From NCBI GenBank assembly GCA_020891255.1, contig BQFW01000005.1:806001-870000 (forward strand): 64,000 nt of DNA, read 5' to 3'. Below, piece after piece: positions 46,120 to 57,886 of the stretch. Position 1 is the first letter of the stretch; every line of letters starts with the position of its first letter. The notes under the pieces were generated by a model. That model saw only the letters and a list, made by a program, of their open reading frames with translations, was not told the origin of the DNA and searched no databases. A program made the translations under genes and the position numbers. The stretch is from Entomortierella parvispora E1425 (lineage: Eukaryota > Fungi > Mortierellomycota).

Positions 46120-48838
46120 ATGTTCAGGACCACAACAACATCGGTCCTGGCCTCCACAGCCAGGTTGCTTCGCCAGCCTCTCGTCTCTACCTCGACCCCC
46201 TTCCAGGCTCGTTTTAGGAATGCTGCCGCTGCTACATCCACATCCAGACTCTTTTCCATCTCGGCCTCGGCCCTCTCCCCCCCTCCACCCCCTCAGCACT
46301 ACAACAGCACTTCCGCAGCAAAGTCAACAACACAGACCCGCCACCCTCGGGTTCTTGTCACAGGTATATGTCCATCATGAAACCATTTCAGCTGCTCTCT
46401 CTTATGCGTCTTTCTCGGGGGAGTGTGTACGAACAAGGCTGGCTTTTCGGCAAGGTGGATCACCAGAGGCAGTAGTGTTTGTCCGTCTTGCGCGACCAAA
46501 AGAAGGGACCTCGTGGTTCATTTTTGAGTTGCCTACTCGTTGCTGTTCTACCCCACAGTTTTTTCTGAATTTTCTAATTTTGAGCTGCGAGAACGCCACG
46601 CAAAAAAAAGAGGAAAACAAAGCTCACGCACTCACCTCCTGAAAAAAAAACTTTTTTTTTGTATGTGTGGCCACAACCGTAGGTTCTTTGGGTCAACTTG
46701 GCTCTGGACTCGTCAAGGAGCTTCGGTAAGGAAAAAAAGGAATGGCAAGGAAGGGCATTGTTCCAAGGGGCGGAGGCAATCTTTTTCCTCTTTCATTTCA
46801 TGTTCTATTTGTGTTTGTATCAGCTGTTTGCCAAGGTTGCACCAAGCCAAAGCGCAACGACAAAAAAACAGTGTGTCCATGGGACAATTGCCCTTGGAAA
46901 AAAATACCCCTGCCTACCCAACAAAGAAAAAAGGCGGCTCTTTTTGTTTACAGTGCAACTCCCCCCAAAAGGGAACAATGTCCCCTATTCTCCCTTATTC
47001 GTTTTCTTCCCACAGTGGTCGCACTACCATCCCTGCTGGCGAATGGATATGAACAGTTTAAAACCTGGAAGAGGGAGAGAGTAAAAAGAATGAATGGCAA
47101 CAGCAGTTTGTTCATCATTGTCGAATGGAAGAACAGGATGGTTGGATCACCGAAACACCATCAACGAGAAGGAAAAACACAGATGAAGAGCGGTGGTGCA
47201 AGTGTGTGAAGGTGACTGACTGACTGCGGGGTCTGGCAAGTCAAACTTGATGGAAGAATATCAAGCCGATATTCTGTCGTTGTGTTGTTTGGTCAACCCT
47301 ACGTGTTTTGTCAGCCACCTCAAGTCCCTTGCTTCATTCCTCCTCTTCCCGCACCCCCTCTTTGGTGGCGAGTCGCGATTCTACAAATTCCTCCTTACCA
47401 TATCCTTGTTTCGTTTATTTGACACAATTAATTCCCCAACGCAAGATGGGTGACCATCTCAAATGATCACCGTAGATGCGATCTAAAAAAAAGTATTCCC
47501 TCTAACGTCAATGGCGCTATCTTTATTTATTGAATCTATTAGCTCCATGTACGGTAACGAGAATGTCGTTGCCTCGGACATTCGGAAGGCCCCAGAAGAG
47601 TTCATGGCCAGCGGTCCTTTTGTTTACGCGGACGTGATGAACTATGGCATGCTGGAGCGGATCGTAGTCGACTGGCGCATCGGTAAGTCTCTTTTTTATT
47701 GTTCAATTGAAGGCTTTCGATTTTCGGCTTTGACACAAAAGGATTGAGAAGCACCACGGGATGATGACCACAACAAACATTAAAAAGGAATGGCAACAGA
47801 AAACAAAAAAAGTTCCCAGGATGCTCTCACTGCTGTTGTTTTGCCACGGTCCCCAATTCAGAGCCACACTCTTTTCTCCTCCCACGCACTGCCCACGCCC
47901 ACATTTTTTGTGCGCTGCTCTTTAATTCTTTTGGTCGCACTCCCAACCTTCTTTTTTGTTGCTCTCTTTGTTCAGGGCCTCGTCTCTAACGTGTAGTTTG
48001 TTAACATGCTGCCGCTCTATTCCTCCCTTTAGATTGGGTTGTCCATTACTCGGCGTTGCTCTCGGCCGTGGCAGAAAAAAACATGGCTTTGGCCCTGAGT
48101 GTGAATATAGCTGGATTCCAAAACATGCTCGAGCTGGCAAAAGTGCATCGTCTCCGAATCTACTCACCCTCGACCATTGGCGCTTTTGGCCCCTCAACAC
48201 CCAAAGACAATACCCCGGACCTGACCATCATGCGTCCCAACACCATCTATGGCATCACCAAACTTCATAATGAGCTCATGGGCGAATATTACCGCGAGAA
48301 ATTTGGCGTCGATTTCCGTTCTGCCCGTTACCCCGGCATCTTGAGTGCCGATACTCCTCCTGGCGGTGGAACGACTGATTACGCCGTCGACATCTTCCAC
48401 CACGCTGTCCGCCACGGTCATTACGATTGCTTCCTGTCCAAGGATACCCGTTTGCCCATGATGTATCTCTCGGATTGTATCAGGGGTACAGTGGAGCACT
48501 TGACTTACCCTACGCCATTGCCCCAATGTGTTTACAACTTGGCAGCGGTCTCCTTCACACCTGCGGAATTGGCCAAGGAGATTCAAAAGCACTTGCCTCA
48601 CTTCACGATCTCCTATCCTGATCCAGCCCACCCAGATTTCCGTCAGGCTATTGCGGATTCTTGGCCTGCATCGTTGGATGACTCGATGGCGCGTCGGGAC
48701 TTTGGATGGAAGGAAGAATACGGGTTGGAGAAGATGGTCAAGTTGATGCTGGACAAGATCCAGGCTCAAGTGGAGGCTGAGAAGAAGAACATCGGAGGTT
48801 CCACTAATGGACCTACTTCTGCGGCCATTGCTGCTTAG
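46120..48838 (+). CDS. TDH: Mitochondrial L-threonine 3-dehydrogenase (SDR type), 4 exons
   Basis: Arg/Ser/Thr-rich presequence. RVLVTG|SLGQLG (exon about 46683-46726); YGNENVVASDIRK; D|WVVHYSALLSAVAE; YGITK (YxxxK); DFRSARYPG; PGGGTTDYAV. Confidence 0.92.
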
Positions 48839-49652
48839 ACACCAAGAGAAAAAAAACCCCCCTCTCTCAAACACCACACAACCTCTCTCTCCTTGTACCC
48901 CACTTGACCTAGTGTGTCTTTTCTGGATAACATCGCTGCATTTTTGTTTGTTAATTGTCATGTCATACTTCATAATAAAAAACATATCTTGGCTGTCAAC
49001 GGATGGAAAAATGAAGAATATGAAGAATATGTTGTGCACGTGACGAATGTGGTTCTTACATATCATGTCCAGGGAGGCACAGGAATGCTCCGTGGTCTTG
49101 CTGGAGCTGGAGTTCAACTCTTTTCTCGTCCGGTAACGCGTGCACCCCCAAAATGGCGCTCGGGGACTGGCGTGAAGGAAGATCCTTCGCATTCCGCAAA
49201 CACGAAGTGAACACGACCAGCGGGCGAATGTGGTCCGTGGGTTATGAGCGGGCTCTGGAAGTGGGGTTTTCGTGCAAGGATGACGACCTGGACAATGGCC
49301 ATGTCAATCCATGGACACACAACAGGGATGTATCACGGACGGGTCGTTTCGCCCTGCCTGCCTCTCCACCCCCTAGTTCTTGCCCCTCGTCGTGTGCTCT
49401 CCTAAACCCAACCAGTGGGACCTGAAGGAAAGAGACGGAAGAAGAAGAAAAAAAAGGAGCCAAACACCATGTGGCTGACATTCTTCCCCATTCTCTTCTT
49501 TCATTCATTCATTCTTTCCTCCTTTCATTCATTCAGTTCATTCCATTTGCAAGCTTCCATTCGTCTTTGGTCCAATTCCCTCATTACTGTCCTCTGTATT
49601 CATCCATCTATCGTCCATTCATCCTTCGCTCCAGCTCACACCTCTTGAACAA

Positions 49653-51275
49653 ATGAAACCAGACTTGCCCCCGACGTTAGCGTTGTTGTTGAGGTACCTA
49701 GTCCTAGCCTACTTGGCAGGGTCAGTCCTCTTCACGATACACTTTTTCTTTCTCCAATACAGAGGATCGCAACCAACGCCATCCGTCAAGCCCAGGACCA
49801 TGACAGAGCAGGGACAGGCCACATTCGACGTAGAAAACATCATGTATTCTCAACAAATCATGAAATGGAAGAGTAAGCAAGCTCACACAACGCCAGAAGG
49901 ATGAAGGCAGGACTTGTTGGAATCAATTAATGACCAAACTACTCCTTTCGCTCTTCTGCTAGCATCTGAAAACTATCCAGAGCACGAGATTGAAGAGGAC
50001 GCGGTCTTGCACAAGGTTTTTTCCAACACGATGCAACCCTCCAAGGTACTACCTTATTACTTCAAGGCCATCCGCGACTTTGATCCAGAATCGGTGACCA
50101 TTACGACCTTGATCACCTTTGACCGGTACCCGATCTTCAGCAAACTCGTCACCAATTACCAAGGACCCATTTCTGTCAGTATCCATATTAACGACGACGA
50201 GAACAGGGACGAGAACTTGTCAAAGTTACACGACATGTATGAGGCCAATCCTTATATGCGCGAGTTTGTAGACGTCCATGTGGTCGTGGACAAGTTCGAT
50301 CGACAGTTTAACATGTGGCGGAATGTAGCGCGATTTTTTGCTCGGTCCAACTACTTTATGATGCTTGATGGTAAGGACGAGGGAGGGGAAGGAGTTGGTG
50401 CCATATTTGCTAAAAGGGGTGGCCAAAGGTTCCCTTATCAAATTGTACTTGTACTCTCTACTAATAAGGGGTTTCACCTTTCTATATCATAGTGGACTTT
50501 CATATCTGCACCAACCTCCAGCGACACCTTTCCTTGGATGCGGAGGCACGACAGGTCATGCAATCAGGGGCCGCTGTGGTTCTACCTGCATTCGAGTACG
50601 TGGAACAGGATGATGGGATCGACTCTGCGACCTTTCCAAAGAACAAAGAATCTTTGATTCGACTAGTGCAGGAGAAAAAGGTCACGACATTTCACGACTT
50701 CTTCCCCAAGGGTCACAACGCCACGGATTACGAACAGTGGTACAATACCAACTCGGTCTACAAAGTCATGGCGTATCAACATTCCTATGAGCCCTATGTT
50801 ATCCTCAAGAAGGAAGGCACCCCTTGGTGCGACGAACGATTCGTTGGCTACGGAGCAAACAAGGCGGTAAGAACGTGAAGTCCCTCCCTTTGTTTTTATC
50901 AACTCTAGATTTTTTGCCACTCTTGTCTCATCCATTTTTTTTTTCCTTCTTCACCAACGGAAACTGCTGTAGGCTTGTCTATTTGAGATTTACATTTCAG
51001 GAATCGACTACTGGGTTCTTCCACAGGACTTTGTCATTCATCAATCACATCCTTACAAGGAGGAGACAAGGAAACAGGAGCGAAAGTACAATCGCAAGCT
51101 TTACCAGAACTTTCAGGAGGAGGCCTGCTTTCGCTATGCCAGCACTTTCATGAGAGCACGGCAATGGGACAAACCAAAGTCAGAAAACTTGAAGCAACAG
51201 TGCAACAAGATTAGGGGGTTCAAGGCAGTCATGGCTCAGTTTGCAGCCGCCAGTGGTGTCCAGGGTTCAGCATAG
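49653..51275 (+). CDS. Type II membrane glycosyltransferase family 49 (B4GAT1/LARGE-like), multi-exon
   Basis: N-terminal transmembrane segment; FNMWRNVAR; MLD|VDF (DxD); VLPAFEY; YEPYVI; CDERFVGYGANKA; VLPQDFVIHQSH. Confidence 0.85.
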
Positions 51276-51552
51276 AAACATTAAAAACAAGACTCGAAAA
51301 CAAGTATGGGCGATTTCTTTTTTAACATGATTTTATTATGATCTTTTTTTGCAATCAATCCAATGGCTATCACCCTCTCAGCGAGTCGATAACACAGAAC
51401 ATGTATCACGACAGCAAAGAGTTTGAAGCGACCAATGACATCTACACAACAACATGGAAACAACAGGTTAGAGGACATAACTCGAATCTCGATGTTGTGG
51501 CGATGATTGTTGTGGAAGGGAGAAAAACACAGTTGTTTTCTTTATCGTTTTC

Positions 51553-51752
51553 AAGATCAGACATCCAAGGAAGTTAAAGCCAGCATCAGGAAAGACAAAC
51601 GTCCACAGCACTCGACGATGGCATACTGCTCTCTGATCGCTTCGCTGACATCTACTGCCCCGTGAAGGGCAGATAGAAAGGAAGAGGCTGTGGATGGTCT
51701 TAAACATGGTCCTTTCGGTGGAAACTGCGAATTAAAGATCTTCATCATTCAA
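51553..51752 (-). ncRNA. U14: U14 (snR128) box C/D snoRNA
   Basis: Box C ATGATGA (51742-51748) and box D CTGA (51557-51560). Domain A ATTCGCAGTTTC is complementary to 18S GAAACTGCGAAT. Domain B CTTCCTTGGATGT is complementary to 18S ACATCCAAGGAAG and lies directly before box D. Confidence 0.93.
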
Positions 51753-51994
51753 AAAAACGATAAAGTAGGGGGGGGGGATAAGGTGACTAGGTAGATCGGG
51801 AAGAGGATGCTTACCATCTTGCGAAAAAAAGATCTGGCGGGGTATGATCAAACACAAGATCGTGTGTTCATGGCAACCCTAGGTAGGATCTACACAAAAC
51901 CAATTGGAACAGTCAAATGTTAGAGGGCAATGATCTCAATCTGCACGTTTTGTTGGACCGTCAAAAAGGCCAAAGGGGGGGGTTTTTTTTTTTG

Positions 51995-52109
51995 GGTGGG
52001 TCAGTGGATTATACTGGCAAGTATGACACTCCTCAGCGAAGGAGTGTAAAGTTTTCACCATGGTCGATAAGATAAATTGAAGACAAAGAGTTGTTTCATC
52101 ATTCACACC
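51995..52109 (-). ncRNA. snR190: Box C/D snoRNA, probable snR190 orthologue
   Basis: Box C ATGATGA (52096-52102), box D CTGA (52001-52004) and terminal stem GGTG/CACC. Internal CGACCATG and CTTGCCAGT resemble yeast snR190 as recalled. It lies directly upstream of U14, as in the yeast snR190-U14 cluster. Confidence 0.65.
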
Positions 52110-55100
52110 AAAAAAAAAAAGGAAATAGCTGCATGCCAGACCAGAGAGACGAAAAGAAAGTATCAACGCGCGTACAGATACATCGCGTTCATAAATCTCT
52201 TTTTTTGCCTTTATCTGTCGTGGCAGCGCCATTGAGAAGGATTGAGGGTCGAGAGTGAAAAAGAAAGGGAAAGAAAGGGCGAAGAAGAGACTTACCAGCA
52301 TGGACTCAGATCTTGGCCCAATGAATGGAGAAGATGTAGAAGAGGAGGGGGGAAGAAGTGATTGAGAAAGGGCTCTTGTGGGCGAGATGTGTATTTATGT
52401 TGTGGTGGCTTGGTTTTCTTTTTTCTTTTTTTTTTCTATTGTTCCTTTGCATGTCGACAGCACGTGACTAATTTTTTTCTGGAGTTTTCTACGCAGAAGG
52501 TGCGCCACTAAAACTGAAATCGCGGGGAGCCATCTTTTCAAAAAGAAACTCTACGACGCGTCCTCGCGTCGTTCCTCAAAGTCAATTGCCACAGGGCCCG
52601 CCAGGTAGGGCCCGTCGGCCTTGATTTTTTTGCTCCCCGCATGATCTTTGTTGGGGTGTGTGCGTGAGAGAACGGTTTGCCTAGCTATTTGATTTTGTCC
52701 GCATGCCCCAAACTGGACTTGGGCGGGGGAACAGTAAACAATCAAAACTAAATGATATCCCCGAGGTACCGATCGTCACATACCACTGTACACTTACAGC
52801 GCCACAGGGTCGCTTCCCCGATGATTCCTCACATGCGCCCGTTGTATGTAGAGTAGCCGTGCGTTGAGACACGCACCATCTCTATCTTCTCACAGGCCAC
52901 TTTGCTTTTTTCTCTCAAATGCTCGTCATCTACTCATCACCCGGCTCCTGTGAAGAGCGATTGACGGTTCGTACTCGGTTAAATTCCGAAACAAATTACA
53001 GAAAGAAAAAGGCCGCTCGTGCTTTCACTGAGAGGGCGCAACTAAAAAACGGCAAAGGGCCACTTTGAGCGACCAAACAAAAAACAAAAGCATCGTGGAA
53101 AACGTTGTCATCTTTATGTTGATTTTTTTTTTCTCTTTCTCTCTCTCTCTCTCTCTTGTTGATGTCAAGAATTTCCCCACGCGCAGAACCGTGTGCTCAG
53201 TCTGGCAAGAGGTTTCAAAATGGGAGCGATCTAAAAAAAAAAAAAAAAAAAAAAAAATGGGATGGCCCTGCCTGTTGTTGATTAGACGGAGAGAAGGGAG
53301 GGAGAAGGAGCATGCATGACCTCCTCCAAGCAAACGCCCTCACGGCTTATTTTTATTTTCCTTATTGTTCGTGTTTGCTTCTTTGCATCAACAGTCGTTT
53401 GTCTGAGGACAATTCTCTGCTCCGCAGACTCTTCATGCAGATTGAATTGTGTATTTGCGTTCTTTTATGTCTCTTCCGCACCGCAATTCAATACAGCTTG
53501 GTATTCAACAGGACATTTCTTTTTAAAAAACACAAAACAAGAAGAGGAAGTTCAAAAAGAACGACCTTGAGGCTATTGGCGGAGGGGAACAATGAGTGGT
53601 GGATCCAAGAGCTGCTCATTTTAGTGGTCAAGGGGGTTGTGGTGTGGGACATTCGTGTGCCCTGGGGTTCTGCTCACTATGACTCTGTCCTCCATCTCCC
53701 TTCCCTCCTTCCCCTCTCCCTTCCTTTTTTCCACCATGCTAAAATGAGCCAATATTCACCTGCAGGCGGGGGCAACGGGTCGGATAGAACACATGGATGA
53801 GTGGAGAACGAATTTTGTCCACGTTGATTGCCCATTTCACGCTCCAATTGTAAAGAATCCTTTTGTTTTGGAAACCATGCGGTCAATTGCTCCGCTGGGA
53901 CAAAATGCAGGTAGAGCGAGAAACATGTCGAGGTGACATATCGGCTCGCACCCCTGCATTCTAATGAGACATTTCTCTGGATCAGCAAAGTATAACAAAG
54001 GTACCTTTCGCAGAAAAAAAAAAGGCAATTTTGGATAATGGCGGAACAAGATCCTATCAAGAGATATTTCCAGCAAAAGGTCTTGGATCTTTAGAAAACC
54101 TCTTCAGAAGCCTAAGAGCCAGTCGGGAATAGCGATCAACTTGATCAATTGATCTAGGCCTCCTCTTGGAACACATCTTCCATTTGCAGATAGAATATGT
54201 TTGTAATCGAGAATTAAGAAATCTTTTTTTTTTCTTGTCATTTTCCCTTTTTTTTTTGGGTATCAATTGATTGTAATTTTTTTTTTTCGCCTCGGCCCCT
54301 TCCAGGAGGACTTCATGCACCATGCAAGGTTCTCAGTCTGCCGTCAAAAGGAGAGTCGACACAGCAACAACAATGAATGGACGTTAGCAGTGGAAGGACC
54401 AATGCTGTCAACAACGGTAAGAAGAGACTGAGCACAAACATGGTAATCTATTTCTTTGGTTGCCTGCTCTAACAAACAGCAAAAAGAGTTCAAGGCTCGC
54501 GGTGGGGTAGCTTGTACTTGAACGGTACTCTCTCTAGTCTACGATACTTTTTTGCGTCTTTTAGAAGCTCTAGTGTGTTCTCTGGTCCGGAGTTGTCGCG
54601 AGTTCTAAAGACATTTCTTTCATTTTATCAGCACCTCATTCTTTTGACTTACATAGTCCACGGGGGATAAGATAGCGAGGTGTGGGTGAAGGGAAGTCTG
54701 GGCGTGAAATATTTATTTTTGTTTGTTTTCCTGACTTCAACATTTTTTTTTTTTTTTTTTTTTTTTGCTCCCGCTTGACCTCATAGAGAAGGCGCTCATT
54801 GACGGCGATGAGAAGGGTTCATGGGCGATATCTCACCAGAGGCCATACAGAACAACAGCCGACCCCTATCGTTGCCACTGTTGTGCCTCTTTTCGAGTGT
54901 GACAAAAAAACCCGAGAAAAGCAAAAGACAGCCGATGAGCAAACGAGAAAGACGTCGACGACCACGCCGAGCTGAACAAAAATTGACACAAAGGAGGGCG
55001 GTACCCCTCGGATGTAAAACTATAATGGGCTGCTGGTGATGCTGTTTGGTCGGACTGGTCTGCTTTGCTCTCTTTGGCCTCATTCCATGATGGTACATAC

Positions 55101-57886
55101 AGTACCCGTTACCCGCCTTTGTAGCACTGAATACGCAGAGGCATCGTCTTTTTTTTTTTCTTTTTTGTCCGCCTCCATTGATTGGGCCCAATCAAAAAAG
55201 GACAAGAGGATGCCTTTCCCTTACGTTGGTCGGGCTGACTTCATTATTTTTTTTATTTTTTTCTGTTCGTGTTTGGGGGAAGGACAAATGAACCGGAGGA
55301 CGCTCATTGACTGGGAAAAACCGATCGACAGAGTAACGGGTGATCTTTGGTCGTCATTCTAGACTGCAGCTCTGATACGGTCTTTCTGCGAACAGAACAG
55401 AGACCAAAACCTCTTGTTAGAAAAGTGGTCGCAAACAAGCCATTTCCCTCTGAGCTTGCCTTTGGGCCCATCATTCGAGAGTGAGACTGTGCGCGAGCTT
55501 TTGGGCAAACCAAAACAAAACAAAAAAAGGAGAGCCAGAACTCGAGAGAGCGTTTTCATGGAGCTGAGTGGGGTGCGGTGGGTGGGGAGAGAGGGGTTAT
55601 TTTTCCTGTGCAACATGCTGCATTACGGGCGATTACACAAAAACCAAAGGGACAACAAACAACCAGCAACTCGGCGCCCAAGCTTTGAATTGGGCACTGG
55701 TTACAAAGTTGGGGGGACCTGGCCCAAGAGAAACGAGCCCCAGTCAGAGAAGACCACCCAAAGCGGATCTGTCTCGCTAATGCGATCGTGATCAGATCAG
55801 ATCAGATGTGCTTTTTGGGAATGAATGAGGAAGGGCCCTCCTTGAATGTCGCTCTGCCCTGGTAAAAACGTCCGTAGGTACAGAGGAGAGCAGAAGCTGT
55901 GTTACTCCGGCCCTTTTTTTTTCTTTTTCGTTCAAGGTTGAAGACATCCTGCCATAGTCTGGCGTCGGTGTTTGTCCGCTTATCTCACACACTGCACTTA
56001 AAGTTGAACAAGGACAAGTGCCAGCGGCAAGCCTACTGGGCGAGCAAAGGGTGGTTGAAGGGAAGGAGAGGGCTCAGTGCAGGACCAGACAGAAGGACTC
56101 TTCTGGCTCCCACCCGCGTGCGGCTGTGATTGCGCCGGTTTCATTTCCCTTTCGCCCGAATTGCCCATTCGCTGCTTTTCGCTCGCTCGATGTGTTGGTG
56201 TGAAAGCTCGAGAGAGCGGGGCTGGTCTCCGGCTCTGGTCTCCCACGGATGCAAGGACTCACTCTGCTCGAAACAAGGTTCTCGACCTGAACCCTCGCCC
56301 TCTGGCCCTTCTGGATGTATAAGGAAATCCCTTCTCAGCGACGCACCCTTGCTCCTCCTCTTCTTCTTCCCTGGTCTTGTCTCTCACCAACAGGCGTCGT
56401 CTCCGGCCATGAGCGCAAAGATGAGAAGGATGGGAACCCAGTTTTTTTTTTTTTTTTAGTCAAAAGAAACACGACCATGTACTCTTTAGACAGAGAACAG
56501 GCGAGAATAGAAAAGGTGTACATTTATTTGATCTTTCTCCTGAGCATGGCGGCAAAAGGTCAGAAACTGATAGGGCCAGACTCCACGAGACGAGAAAAAA
56601 GAGACAGCCAACAATTGCAATTGCCCCTGCCAATGTACCTGTCAGCCATTGCTCTCTCACACTCTCTCACGCATCGCTCGCTTGAGCTTTTCAGACTGTC
56701 CACAAGGCTAAGCGGGAGGACTGATAGTCTACCATGGTCTCTGTGATGTTGGGCTATCTCAATTGTCCGAGGTCCCAGTGCTGTGGAGTGAATGGAACGC
56801 ATTGAATGGGTCGAGGAATGAATCAATGCGATCGCCTCTGTGAAGTAGCGAGTTGACAAACGACCCTCATTTCCCCTCCCTATTTCAATGCTTCTTTCTC
56901 CACCTTGACCTCTCTCTCTCTTTCTCTCTTTTTTTCCCTTTCCCTCTTTCCCCATCGTTTCTGTCCCTGGTGGTTCAGATCAGCTTTCAATTGCTCAAAG
57001 CGTCCATCAATCATTGTTTGCTGTGGTTGCTGTTCGCCTGCATTGTTTGTCGTGTATTCAACTACACTCGCATCTCTTCTTTTCTCTTTCTCTCCTTGTC
57101 TCCTCCTAACTTTCCTTCCTGGTCCTCGACGATCTGAGCAGCAGCACGTCTCTCTTCTCCCCCTCCACTCCTCCTTTCACCCTCCCTCCATTCCTACACC
57201 TCATTCACTTCCCCCATTGTCTCCATCCCTACATTCGCCTTTTCCCCATTCATAATACTTTACCTTTATCTCTTTACGTGCTGCACTCTTATAACTGCTC
57301 TCTCACTCTTCCACTTTTTCCCTCTTTCCTCCTCACTTTCGCATTTTGGCAATCGCCTCTTCGTCGTTTTTTTCCTTTTTTTTTTTTTTTTTCTTTTTTC
57401 CCTTTTTACCCCTGCACCATCGCCCTGCAGTGCATCCTTTGCCCTCCATTGCGTCCTGCTCCTCAATATCGTTATTGACTTCCCGATATCCAAAGGCCGT
57501 ACCCTCCTTAATTATCCATCACCTTTAATTAATATCCTTCCTTCGTCATAACCCCCTCTCCCTCCCTCTCCTTCCCTCGCTCCCTTGCCCTGTAACATTG
57601 TCCGGACTCGGTCAACTTGCCATAAAACATTCAGCATTGATTTCTCTTTCTTCTCTCCTTCACTTTCCACGCTCTCCCTGCCCCTGTTTCCCCTCCTCTG
57701 ACCTTTCTTATCCATCTCTTCCTCCTTATCCCTTTCTTTCTCTTCTATCGTTCTTCGTCGATCCAATCCTCGCTCTCCTCGTCGTACTACCCTTTTCGAA
57801 ACGTTTGCGAATGTATCAACCAGATCAAAGGTTCTGCACCGAGTGACAAAGCGATCAACCCAAAAATACTAAAACTTTGACGCGAC

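Larger units (their letters stand above)
51330..52370 (-). ncRNA. Spliced non-coding snoRNA host gene with two snoRNA-containing introns (51890-52295, 51442-51814); ends approximate
   Basis: GTAAGT and GTAAGC donors; CTAAC branch points followed by TGTGTAG acceptors; a 75-nt middle exon with no coding signal; a TATA-like CATAAATA near 52395. Confidence 0.7.

Noticed and set aside
47761-47767. Box C-like ATGATGA in TDH intron 3
   Set aside because: No downstream CTGA box D within the intron.
48194-49192. 332-aa minus-strand ORF
   Set aside because: Antisense shadow of the last TDH exon, running into AT-rich 3' sequence.
51561-51732. Two 12-13-nt stretches identical to 18S rRNA on the plus strand
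   Set aside because: Not rDNA fragments; they are the antisense guide domains of U14 on the minus strand.
53312-56955. Many 60-160-aa ORFs in the large intergenic gap
   Set aside because: Low-complexity, overlapping on both strands, with no motifs or coherent exon chain.
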